Below, piece by piece: positions 1 through 12,150 of a stretch of 64,000 bases of DNA (the stretch's first letter is position 1; each line of letters begins with the position of its first letter). The stretch is from assembly GCA_951406725.2 (NCBI GenBank), contig OX597815.1:66836001-66900000 (forward strand), in the 5' to 3' direction. The notes under the pieces are model-generated. The model did not search any database and was not told where the DNA came from. It saw only the letters and a list, made by a program, of their open reading frames with translations. Made by a program: the position numbers and the translations under genes. This stretch comes from Octopus vulgaris. Taxonomy: Eukaryota.

Positions 1-1038
1 AACTACAGTATTAGAGCAGTTTAGTTCATCTTTCTAACAATGCAGGTGTTACTAACATTTTAGTTGCATTTAGTCACATTTGTAATTCTCCTTTTTGTTA
101 AAACATTGCAAACTGCTGTTTATATATATATATATATATAGATTATATGTATATATATATATATATATACATATATATTAAAAGGTAAGCAGATTTAGTG
201 GTTATAGTAACCGACTTAGGGATAAAATATCCATATTTACTATCGGTATCAGTTACCCGTGTTATCTCTGGGCATGTGTATGCAGGCACACTATGCTTAT
301 AGAGTACAGGTAACAGCAGAATAAACAAAAGTTTATCAGGAATCAAATTTAAATAATCAGAAAATAGAGAAAACTTTAGATCAGCAAACAAATCAATTGG
401 ACCATATCGGTAGCTTATTATTTAATACGAAACATGACATAACATTTATGTGACGTAACAATTCTTACAGCTGTTTCCGTTTCTGATGTCAGTCAGTGTC
501 TTGAAAGAATTGCGAAAATAATATTCTTCATCTTCATATATATATATGTGTGTGTGTGTGTGTGTCTGTGTCTGGGTGTCTCTTTGTCTTCACAACATAA
601 GTATCATCATCATCATACGCAGTGTCATTTATTTCCAATTTTCTGTGAAAAACACATTTGGTCATGGGAAAAATGTTACCATACTTGGAAACAGGTGAGG
701 GTTAAGAAAAAGGGCATCTGGCCATAGAAAAATTGCCTTGGCAAATTCTTTTCAGCATGGAAAAGTGGCCATTAAAATGATGATGATGATGATAATAATC
801 ATGACACATACACATAAACACACACATACATTCATGCAGGCATACATGAATACACACACACACACAAATATGTATTATGTAGGGATGTATGCATCATGTA
901 TATTTGTATGTATGTGTATATATATATATATATATATAAAGATATTCTTTTTCGTTTTTACTCTTTTTATTTGTTTCAGTCTGTGGCCATGCTGGATCAT
1001 TGCCTTAAAGGGTTTTTAGTCAAAAAAAAATCAACCCC

Positions 1039-1078
<40 letters not shown>

Positions 1079-1131
1079 GATAGATAGATCCCAATAAAAT
1101 TACATAACACACCATAGTGTATGTAGATTAA

Positions 1132-1537
1132 TCTCTTATTATAAAAGGCAGATTTTATCTGCCTCCCTTTGTCAGTTATAGAAATCTACAATATAGGATT
1201 TCTTCAATTACAATTTACTTAGCATTTTTAAGAGTAGAATGCATCGGGTTTTACCAGGTCCACTTTTTAAAATTTAAACTCCAATTAAGCAAAATTTACA
1301 GAAAACTCACATTCTGGTGTGTATGTCAAATGCTTTTCTTAATGTGTTTTACACTACACGCACACGCACACACACAGTGTGCAAGGAATAAAATGAAAGT
1401 AATTCACCTTTTGTAGTGAGTGACTCTTTCAGTCTGCCACTTCCTTTTTACACACATAGACACGCAAATATATAAATAAAATTGTAAGCTAATGTGCGTG
1501 TGTGTGAGTGTGTGTGTGCGTGTGTGTGTGTGTGAGG

Positions 1538-1594
<57 letters not shown>

Positions 1595-3256
1595 CGTGAG
1601 TGTGTGACAGGAAAGTATTTTAGGACGAATATAAGACCTATATCGGCGATGTTTCGCTTGTCGTAGCACACGTTTCCGTCGATTTCCGTAAAAAACTTAT
1701 TTTTTTACATAAGTAATGAGAGCGAAAGAGACTAAGAGAAAGCGATTGTATGACGAGGGAAGTTCTTTTGAAGTTACCGTGCATGGGACGCATTGATGTA
1801 CATGTGTGTGTGTGTGTGTGTTTGATGGAGTGTGGGAGACAGACAGTATGTTGTGTAAGTGAAGTGCTTCTGTTAGTGTGTGTGAAGAGACAGAGAGAGT
1901 AATGTGTGAAAGAGAGAGATAACTGAAATTTTTTACTCGGTTTATGTGTATATGTATGTATGCATGTATGTGTGTGTGTGTGTGTATGTATGTGTGTGTG
2001 TATGTATGTATGTATGTATGGCCGATTCAGTGTTTACATTTTTTACGGAAATCGACGGAAACGTGTGCTACGACAAGCGAAACATCGCCCCTATATCCAA
2101 GTAGCAGAAAGATCGCCCAAAAGTGTATATAGATATTTAAATGTATTTATATATTCATCTATACACAGATGTATGTATAATGTGTGTGTATATATTTCCA
2201 TACACGTAACCATTCACTCCGCACAAAGTTTTTTAGGACGAAAATAAGATCTAAAGTTATCTCTAAGTAGCACAGAGATCGCCCAAAAGTGTATATAGAT
2301 ATATAAATGTATTTATATATTCATCTATGCACACATGTATGTATAACGTGTGTGTATATATTTCCATAGAGGTAACCATTCACTCCATACAAAGTTTTTT
2401 AGGACGAAAATATTTATATATAAAAGAAAGGTTGTGTGTCTGTCTACTCCGATTTAGATTCCTAACTACTCCCACATTTTGCGATGCAGTTTAACCAAAA
2501 CCGGGTATCTTATAGTCGTGATTCATATCGAGCCCTTCTGGGTATTAGCGCGCGTCTACGATGAGTCTATGATTTTACAAATAATTTACCATCATTTTTT
2601 TCCATTTTAATGCATATTTTTTAAATAAACGGAAGTAACTCTCAAACTTCACACCAATATGCATGCTCATATGCGACGTAATATCACATCAGCAGCATTT
2701 CCTCACACCCTCCTTGCACTTGGCGAAGGCAAAATACCAGGGGATGAAAATGGTAATATTGCCATCGATTCCATTTGTACCATTGTTAAGACGCCTTCTG
2801 ATCTCAGAGATGCAGTGTTCCCAGATCTACAAGCTAATTATCAGAATATGGATTGGATTGGCAAAAAGGCTATACTGGCCCCGAGGAATAAAACTGTTCA
2901 CCATATTAATGATGAAATGCTAAAACTCATTCCTGGGGAAGTCTATGTATATCAGTCTATCGATACAACTCCTGACCCAGAGGACGTCATCAACTATCCA
3001 ATAGAGGTACTCAATTCCTTTGAGCACCCCGGACTACCACCACACTTTCTCAAACTTAAAGTTGGTGCCCCTATAATGCTCATCAGAAATTTGGTTCCCC
3101 CAAAACAATGCAATGGCACACGTTTGATCGTTAAGTCCTTATCTCCCACCGTAAGCTTATATCAATATTTGCCTGAATAATCATCATAATTCAGTGCAAT
3201 CATTAACAGTACTTTCAAGCAATTCAGCCCCGAGCAACGCCGGGCAATTCTGCTAG
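1132..3256 (+). mobile_element. Helitron (non-autonomous, internally deleted)
   Basis: 5' TC start (a|tctcttattataaaa), 3' GC hairpin cccg-agcaacgc-cggg followed by CTAG|t, A|T target, internal PIF1 helicase fragment. Confidence 0.85.
2659..3180 (+). pseudogene. Helitron RepHel PIF1-family helicase fragment
   Basis: Motifs AILAPRN, YPIEVLNS...PGLPPHFLKLKVGAPIMLIRNL and CNGTRL. Confidence 0.92.
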
Positions 3257-3361
3257 TTCTGTATAAGAAAGTGTTTCTAACCCTGTTCTAACATAATTCC
3301 AAGGTTTATAACCTTAGCTGTGGTGCAGTGAGAATTATGCAGATTCTGTCAGCCTGTCTGG

Positions 3362-3397
<36 letters not shown>

Positions 3398-3580
3398 GAG
3401 AGAGATGTTAGGTTCTATAGTATGTTGCATAGTTTTGATCTGGCATTAATTGCCAAAATCTACTCTGCCAGGTAATTTTATTTTGGATATTGATTAATTA
3501 AGAAAAAAAAATGGCCGGGTTTGAAATACTTTCTTATATAAAAATCAATATAGGTATACATACATACATACGTACGTACA

Positions 3581-3616
<36 letters not shown>

Positions 3617-3885
3617 TATGTATATGTATACATATAGGTATGTGTGTGAGTGTGTATATATATAACTGAGTTATTAGTGAGGGATTATCAATCTGGGCAA
3701 AAGACTTTATAAGCTTTCTGTTAGGTACACCAGGCTAACAATATTGTTTAGATTAGAAAAAAAAAACTCCCCATATTCTTGTGGCAGGATCCAAGGTTAT
3801 AATTTCTTACCATTCTGTATTGTAAATCCCTAGTTGTGTTCCAGTTACACATAAAAACAAGTAAATATACATACATACATACATA

Positions 3886-4113
3886 CACTCTATCCTTATT
3901 TACAGTACCATGGTACAATATATTTTCATCAATATCAAGGTACTTGCAGCATTCTTTGTGTGGGACAGGAGAGATAGTGAGAAATACATACATACGTATG
4001 TATGTATGTATGTATTTCTCACTATCTCTCCTGTCCCACACAAAGAATGCTGCAAGTACCTTGATATTGATGAAAATATATTGTACCATGGTACTGTAAA
4101 TAAGGATAGAGTG
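3886..4113. repeat. Perfect palindrome with 110-bp arms and 8-nt spacer
   Basis: 3886-3995 is the exact reverse complement of 4004-4113. The centre is (TACA)n/(TATG)n. Confidence 0.95.
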
Positions 4114-5713
4114 ACTTAAGAATATTACACTAGACTAAGAAAAATATGGCAGTCCGAACTCTCCTCTTACAACAAGACAATATCCTGCTATGCACTTGCA
4201 GTACTAATGCTGATTCCAGTATTTGGTATATTTGCCTGGTCTATAGTAGAAATCCACTCCATCAACAGTAAAACTGCAAAATTTTAACATCAACTGGAAA
4301 TCTCCACAAAAATAATGATATCAACAGGCTCTACCTAAGAAGGGATAAAGGAGGTAGGGGCTTTAGATCAATGAGATGGCCTTCAAATGTCACACAGTCT
4401 CTCCCAGACAACTTTTTCTGAGCAGCAGCTGCAAAATAAATACATTAATTTAATGCTGAAAAGTAAACAAAACGATATCCTACATATTGGAAGTGAGCTC
4501 CTCCACACTGGGGTCAATGTAATCGACTTAATCCCTTTGTCTGTCCTTGTTTGTTCCCTCTATGTTTAGCCCCTTGTGGGTAATAAAGAAATAAGAAAGT
4601 ACTGATGACCTTCTATACAACCCCAAATCAGCTGGACTAGCATACCTCAAAGAAAACCTGGAGTGAAACGCTCAGCATAGACCAAACATAGGTGTGTCTT
4701 TAGTAGATGTGAAGAGGATAGTAACATTGACATGAAGTGAAGCCTCTCTTGGACTTGTGACTGCTACATTACATCACACTTCGAAGAATATGCATGTCCC
4801 AAGATGCAACTGTAAATGTAGATCATGTTATACTTCTGTGGAAGATATCACACATGTGATTAGCAGCTGCCCAAAAATGTGATCAAGGTATTACCTTCCT
4901 ATGCAACATGACGTCACAAAAACAATATACAATGCCATTCAGAAAAGACTGTTCTGGAATAAATATAGAGAATCCACTTGTTATTGAATTCATACACAAA
5001 CACCAGCACAAGGAATATTGGTGGAACATTCCCATCAAAACATGTCAAGGGTAAGCATAACAGTTGGATATTATTGTTTGAAACTGACAAGAAAAAGTAT
5101 GTACTGTCACACAGGTCAGTTGTCCTGCTGATGTCAATACTGTAAATCCTCGAGTATAGTCCGCCCTCGAGTATAATACGCAGGGGATTTTTAGGGGGTC
5201 GTACCTCTGAAAAACCTAAACCTTGTGTATAATACGCATCCCTTCTCTAACTTGAGTCGTGCGTAATTAAGCCAGCAGCACCTAGTCGAACAAACACTTC
5301 CGCACATGCATAATATAATAATGGTGATGTTCCTAATTGTTATATGGGAATGTAAATATGTTTGCAAATTGTTTCTGTTACATGTTATTCTGTGTCCTGA
5401 ATACTTTTATTTTAATAAATAATGTTGCTTACTGCAAGTTATAGATGATTCTTCATTGCTCTCAGGCTTAGCTTAAGGTATTTTCGCGCCTGACATCACA
5501 AAATGCGTCTGAATAAACATTGCCAGACAGCAAATAGAGACTCGGACATTGTTTAGAAAATATTTTTCATTTTTAACCTCGTATATAGTATGCACTAGGG
5601 ATTTTGACCTTTAAATTTTGGGAAAAAAATGCAGATTATACTCAAAGATTTACGGTATCTCTTTGAAAATTAAAGAGACAGAGATAACTATGGACAAATG
5701 CTTTGAAACTTCC
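4016..5713 (+). mobile_element. Degenerate RLE-type non-LTR retrotransposon (R4/Dong-like), 5'-truncated and interrupted
   Basis: Decayed reading gives KYLDIDE...EYYTRLRKIWQSELSSYNK, RLYLRRDKGGRG, the CCHC knuckle CRSC...EDITHVISSC, EYWWNIPI and SCPADVN|ISLKIKE across the MITE. A SINE tail is inserted near 4510-4598. Confidence 0.8.
5140..5655. mobile_element. pogo/Tigger-type MITE
   Basis: TIRs CTGTAAATCCTCGAGTATA and TATACTCAAAGATTTACGG with TA duplication. Removing it restores the LINE reading D-V-N-I-S-L. Confidence 0.85.
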
Positions 5714-6568
5714 AGGTTTCACAAAATACTGTTGTTTCTTGCAACTGACAGACATTATTTGGAATCAAACTGGCAGACAAGAACATCATACCAGCCAGGA
5801 CTGTCTAGTGTCAAGAATACACCTCTTTTAGATCCATGTAAAGTCCTATTGCTTCCTTTGTACATAAACCTTGGACTGATGAAACAGGTTGTAAAGATAC
5901 TTGGGAAGAGAAATACCAGTGGGTTTGATCATATTGTAGAAAAGTATCCCAAAATCACACAGGCGAAGTTGAAAGAGAGTATCTTTGTCGGACCCCAAAT
6001 TAGAGAACTCAAAGATGTCAACTTCAAGACAACACTGGATGAACTGGAATTGCCTGCCTGGAATGCTTTACAATTGGATCTGTGAAAATTTCTTGGGAAA
6101 CAAGAAGGTAATGGACTACAAGGATGGTATCGAGAATCTTCTGAAATGTTACTCAGCAATGGGTTGTCACATGTCACTGAATGCTCACTTCTTGGACTCC
6201 CATCTGGATTTCTACATAGGCAACCTTGGAGCAGTGTCTGATGAACATAGTGAAAGATTTCACCAAGACATTAGTGCTATGGAGAAACGGTACCAAGGCT
6301 TCTGGAATGGTAGTATGCTGGCTGACTACTGCTGAACACTTTACCCCGATCAACCAGATCAGGAACACTGCAGGAAATCTAAAGCACAATGTTTCTAACT
6401 CTGTTGTTCTAACTTTGTTTGTTTTGTGTGACTCATTTTTTATGTATTCACTCTTTGTAGAATGATACTGATGATTTTTAACTCAATAAACTCATTTACT
6501 TTCTAAAAATAATACATCCTTATTTATTATGTTGATGACTTCATATATACAAATATGTAAATATTTGC

Positions 6569-7646
6569 ATTTATTACACACATGTGAATGAGAACACTTT
6601 GAGATATTTTTGGTATCTAACATATGTCAGATACTGTGAGTGCTGCTTCTGATTGGTCAATCCATGGTGATGACCCGAAGTCACGGTGACGGCACTACTT
6701 TTGTCATTCATAAGTTACAACTAAACTTCATTCATTACTTTCATGAGCAGGTAGAATGTAGCCATGTAATTAAACAAACATACTATCTTTTTTATACCAG
6801 ATATCACTTAAAGTCATATACACATAAAATATAAATATTTCTGGTGGTAATTCAATTTTTTGTTGCCCAAAAAATCACAACATATTTCATCTGCTTGTCG
6901 ATACTCTTGCAGTGCAGGTAGATCTATCAACAAGATGGCTACTGTTGTCGATATCAAGGTGAATGATTTTGTTAAGATTGATGGTAAAGATGGGGGAAGA
7001 GTATTATCTGTTGTTCAACCTCTTGGAACATACAGAATGTTCAAAGTGAAGATCAATACTGGCCAAGTTCGACATATTGCTGGATACAGGTTAACAAAGG
7101 TACCTGAAACAGTATCATCGATGAGTGGATTGTCATCGAACCCTAGATCTAACATCCCTGATGAGGTGTACAATGAACTTCTACGTGACGATTTGCTACT
7201 CAAAAACAGGTTTGAGTATTATTAAAGTTATTGAAGATTCAATCTGTGTTATGTATTTCTTGAACGTGAACTTGAATGTTAACAAAATGTTAAACAGTCA
7301 TCAGTTATCAGTCATTTCACCTGAAAACTTAGCGCTATAAAGTCGGACTATCTTCCTGCGGCATGACATCTTTTACAGGTACACATTGTGACGTCACTGA
7401 CGTGAAATCAAACTGTATTCATGCGCGCTTCAACACGATGTGAAGAATTTAGTTATTGGGTTAATAAAATATGGTCGTTTATTTGTGTGTAATAAATAAA
7501 ATACCAAACTCATTCCCTGTGGATACCGTATTTATTACAACTCGTGGCTTGTAAACGTATCTAACTCGCTTTCGCTCGTTAGATACGTTTACAAGCCACT
7601 CATAATAAATACAGTATCCATAGGGAACTCATTTGGTATTCTCTAT
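6569..7646 (+). mobile_element. CryptonV-like non-autonomous element nested in the Chapaev3 3' region
   Basis: 14-bp inverted repeat at 6569-6582 and 7484-7497, ttctgattgg near the left end, and a ~140-bp terminal hairpin (7500-7640) centred on aactcgctttcgctcgtt. Confidence 0.6.
6935..7225 (+). CDS. Uncharacterised 96-aa ORF or first exon inside the Crypton-like element
   Basis: ATG in good context (aagATGg), non-repetitive protein-like sequence with a beta-strand pattern, possible splice donor cag|gtttga near 7209. Confidence 0.45.
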   Translation: MATVVDIKVNDFVKIDGKDGGRVLSVVQPLGTYRMFKVKINTGQVRHIAGYRLTKVPETVSSMSGLSSNPRSNIPDEVYNELLRDDLLLKNRFEYY

Positions 7647-8820
7647 GTATCTACTGAAAAACTGATACGTGCTGCATACAAATGGAATGAAATTTTGAAA
7701 TCAGCATGAAAAATTAGTCTATAAAGTTGGTTTGCATTCATAATGAGTGTAATATATTTAATTTTGTTGACCAGTATAATCTTTGAAATCACAATAGTCT
7801 ACACTTAGCAACTACCTTATCTTGGTAGAACCTCACTGAAGTCATCCCCCACCCCCCCACCCCACCCCCTCACCCCCACCAACCCCTGAATATTGCTGTC
7901 TCAAGTCCTAGGACTCATAGGGCCAGTCACTCAGTTTCCGTGATGAGTAAATGACTAAGATTACAGTATTCCCTCTTGAATAGGATGCTAATTTATTTTA
8001 GGGTTTACTTATATATAGCTGCATGAACTGGAGCAATGTGAAATGAAGTGTTTTGCTTAAGAACATAACAGACTGCCTGATCCGGGAATTGAAATCACAA
8101 TCTTGTGATTGTGAGAACATCACCCTAACCAACAGACTACATGCCTTCACCTCTCACTAGAATAGTTGGTTTAAAATGATTATATGCTTCTCATTATGCA
8201 TTTGTGTATTTGTGCTCTCACAAAGTAAGTCTACCATCTATATTGGAAAGTAACAGAGAAAAAGAGCACAAAAAATAACAAACAAAGTAAAAGAAAGAAA
8301 CGAAACAAAAACATATGATGCACTCTGCATGAAAAACAATTGTATTCGATGAAGCATGAATTCTACTTGCATGAGAACCTGACTGCTCTAATTCCTATGA
8401 TTAGAAAGAATATCTTACAGATCTTTCTCTTCTATTGCTCAATTTTCACTCTTCACATAATTTTTTTAATATAGATCACTGTAACCCTTTGGTTACCATT
8501 TTTTTGTTAAAATACATTGCCATTGTTTCAATGAATTTTGGAAATGAAGAACTTAGTAAAAATAACCCTTTCATTTTAATGATTGTCATTCGAGCATAAA
8601 TTAACATGGCATTTTGGTGGAATGTTTTAATTTAGTTAATGTAGATCACTTTAACCCTTTTCTTATAACAGTTCTGTTGAAATTCACTGTCTTTGTTGCA
8701 ACTAATTTTGAAATTAATGAAGACTTTAGTAAAATAACTGATCAAAGCTTTGCAAGTGGATTTGATAGACAGAAACTGAAAGAGGTCCTTGTGTGTGTAT
8801 GTGTGTGTGTGTGTGTGTGT

Positions 8821-9838
8821 TGTTACGTACCACCTGCTGTCACTCAAACTCCTTCGGAACCCGAGACCCTACCAAGTCAAGCGACGACAATTGCACCGGC
8901 CCAGTCGAACGGAGAATTCGCCACACAGAAAGAGAGGACTCGGTGGGGGAGGTGGCAGCGAACTCGAAACGGCGACCGGAGAGAACAACAACAACAACAG
9001 CAGGAACAGATACAGAAAGACGGCGGAAGGCAATTGGCTTACATTTAAAAACAGTTTATAACAATCATTACAACATCAGATACATCAAAGAAAATACATG
9101 CAAGAAAACAACAAAATCAAAGCATGCAGATACAACACTGTCCGGAGACAACAGTTCAAATCAAATAATGTTCACGATACAGTTCAGAGACAAATCAGTT
9201 CACTTCACAATACAGTTCAATGTTCAAATCACATTAAAGTCTTTCTCTTTCTTTTTCTTTTCAACAACTCATTTCTTTTCTTCCTCTTTTCCTTAATTCA
9301 CAGTTCTTTCTCTTTTTTTTAACACATCAATTCTTTTTTTCTTTAACACCTCTTTTTAACACAATTCACATCAAAACATAAACAACACATACCATTTCAA
9401 CTCCTACTATAATAGCCATGCCTTCTATCCGCCGTAATCCCTCTTTCGCTCTCAATCCTCTGTGTATGTCTTTCTCAACCTCTCATCCTCTCACTGTCTG
9501 TCTGTCTTTCTCAACGATGTAGTTGCCTTCGCCATCGCCACCTTCTTGGCTGACCGTCCGTATCACTCCTGTCTCTCGCCAAAACTGCCCCGTTGCCAAC
9601 TGCCGATTCGCTCTGTTCCCGACTGACGACTGACTGACAAACTCCCAGCGCGTCGCATTTTAAGGGGTGGTTTCTCGAACTTTCCCTGACCGGAACAAGG
9701 GCAGAGGTCTCTTCCAAAACATAAATCTCTCCAGAAAATGGCAGAACAAAAGGCAATAACTTTATACCCCAGACTTTAAGACTACAAACCAGCAAAAGTG
9801 GGTCAAAGCACTCTGTTTCCGAACTGACCTCCATATCA
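8821..9838 (-). mobile_element. Probable solo LTR (~1.0 kb)
   Basis: TG...CA termini (tgttacg...catatca), GC/CpG-rich relative to flanks, TATA-like ccccttaaaa on the minus strand, lies between (TG)n and (TA)n. Confidence 0.6.
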
Positions 9839-9911
9839 ATATATATATATATATATACATATACATACATACATATAAATACATACACACACACATACAT
9901 CTATATGTGCT

Positions 9912-9947
<36 letters not shown>

Positions 9948-10051
9948 CATATAAATACATACACACACACATACATCCATATGTGCTTGTATATATGCGT
10001 ATATATATATATGTACGTATATATATATATACACACACACACATACACATC

Positions 10052-10432
10052 TATAGTGACACCATCTTGGAAATCTCCAACATGCATGCACAGAGTTGGA
10101 TTCTTCCGGGAGGCCTGCCGGAAGTTCCTTCATGTGCATGCGCAGAAAACTAGCAGCAGCGAATTTTCCATCGTATCGTCCTCTCGAATGCTGGCAGCCG
10201 AACAGGACAGTCGTGTTTTAGCACCTCTCTCAAGCTGCGACCTCGTGGCATTTCTCTGCTATGCTTGAACAGACAGGATTTGGCTCACTCCACTTGACTA
10301 CTGTGACAAGCTCCTAGGCTGCCGATTCGCCCCGAAAGAAGAATGTATATATTGCGAATCCAGAAATAAAATATTTATGCTGTTGAAGTTAATCGGAAGT
10401 CTTGGCTCTTTCCAGCTGTGAGGTGTCTATCA
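10052..10432 (+). mobile_element. Possible solo LTR
   Basis: Imperfect terminal IR tatagtgacacc / ggtgtctatca, AATAAA near 10365, CpG-rich. Confidence 0.45.
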
Positions 10433-11040
10433 TTGACAAGGCCAAATTAGGCCAAAGTCACATGATCTGGTAGTTCTGGCAGCAGAAGAATCAGTGATTG
10501 CCTGCCACTGGTGTTAGCTATGATGTGCTTTTATACACCAAATAACCATATGAGAGTTTTCCCTCTTGGTAAATATCACCATATTTGTGTGTTCCACCAC
10601 AGCATCCAATTTTAAGTGGTGAATATTTTACCTTTTGGTATTAATATAACCTGTGTCACCCTACTTATTTATATATATATATTTGCATATTATATAAATA
10701 TTGCATGTGTGTGTGCGTGTATGTGTGTGTGTGTGCGTGTGTGTGTGTGTGTGTGTGCGTGTGTGTGTATATACAGGGTTGCTGGCGCCCTGAGCAAGAT
10801 GAACTTTGGCATGTACAAGCTGACGGTTGTAGAAATTTCCTTATCTTTGTCACGCCCTCTTTGTGGTCATGCTGGAGCACTGCTTTCAAGATTTTTTTAG
10901 TTGAAAAAATTGACTCTAGAATTTATTTCTTAAGCCTTGTACTTATTCTGTTGGTCTCTTTTACTGAACTGCTAAGCTATGGAACGTAAATACACCAACA
11001 TCAATTGTCAAGCAGTAATGGTGGTGGTGGTGGAGAAAGC

Positions 11041-11123
<83 letters not shown>

Positions 11124-11128
<5 letters not shown>

Positions 11129-11446
11129 TAGAAAAACCACCTTTTATCAATTCAAAATCTAGAAAATTACATATAATAGAAATATTAAATATAAGATAAA
11201 AATAATATACCAATGATTAAGTAATGTGCAAAATAATAAATAAAATGTATATATTTGGTAGAATAATTACACGTGTTTCCTGGCTATATTTAAGAAATGA
11301 TTATAGTAAAAATATTAGTAGTAGTAGTAAAATCACTTCAATATAAATATAGCCGCTCATCAGGTTAAAAATAGCTACAATAGTAAAATAATTAATTAAT
11401 AAATATACGTAAATAATCTTTTAAAATATAAATATATTCTTTAAAA

Positions 11447-11481
<35 letters not shown>

Positions 11482-12150
11482 ATATATATATATATATACA
11501 AGATACTAATTATACATTAAGTGAAAACTAAATACAACACGTTAAACTACATACATTGATTCAGATTAATATATTTATTTAATAAATATCCAAATACCCA
11601 TTAAGCAATTAATACTAAAACCTTAAAATTAATTAATATACACAATGCTATTACAAGCCATAAATACTGGAATCAAAATAAGAAATGGTTGAAATATAGA
11701 CACACTCATTAAATAAACTAACTATATAATTAATATATATGTAGTATCTATAAATTTAATATATCACTCAATAATAAAGTTGACCAAAATATCAATTAAT
11801 ATAAAACATAATTTACTTAAATGTAATACTACTTAATAAATATACCACCTAATTATTAAATAATGTATTGTCTAACAAAATTAATTCTCAAATTAAATTA
11901 TATGTAATACGTTAGATCCCTTTATAAAAAAATTATAATTAATCATTCTAAATAAATAGATATAATAATTAATAACTATCATAACTTATAACTATCAATA
12001 TATATAAAAATGATAATATTTCAACAACAATAATAATAACAATAATAATAACAATAACAAACAAACCCAATGTAATTCAAAAGCTAAATGATATTTATAA
12101 GCAAAAACCATTACTTAGCTTATTATTATTGTTATTGAAATATCATTTAT
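11124..12150 (-). mobile_element. AT-rich non-coding Penelope-like remnant between (TA)n tracts
   Basis: Carries a hammerhead motif and a terminal inverted duplication (about 12008-12038 vs 12120-12148). Confidence 0.55.
11264..11368 (-). ncRNA. Hammerhead ribozyme motif (type I, long helix II)
   Basis: CTGATGA-gc-GGCTATATTTA...TAAATATAGCC-ag-GAAAC-ACGT-GTA. Confidence 0.6.

Larger units (their letters stand above)
5715..7776 (+). mobile_element. Chapaev3 (CMC superfamily) DNA transposon, 3' half with decayed transposase (5715-6335)
   Basis: Motifs GFTKYCCFL, LPLYINLGLMKQ, IFVGPQIR, HFLDSHLD, AVSDEHSERFHQDI and MLADYC. Right end attttgttgaccagta|taa resembles the CACTGG TIR with a TWA target. 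Confidence 0.85.

Noticed and set aside
460-536. Hammerhead-like remnant on the minus strand (GATGA...GAAACAGCTGT)
   Set aside because: The core and helix II are too degenerate to support a call. The same applies to weak motifs near 22360-22450 and 27950-28290.
5618-6085. 155-aa ORF as a single protein
   Set aside because: It is a chimera of a MITE end, a LINE remnant and Chapaev transposase.
8614-9322. Overlapping ORFs with a poly-Q/T/N stretch
   Set aside because: They cross a MITE, (TG)n and the LTR-like unit, and show no domain signal.
11126-12150. Mitochondrial control-region insertion (very AT-rich)
   Set aside because: No mitochondrial tRNA or gene remnants were recognised, and the hammerhead motif points to a PLE remnant.
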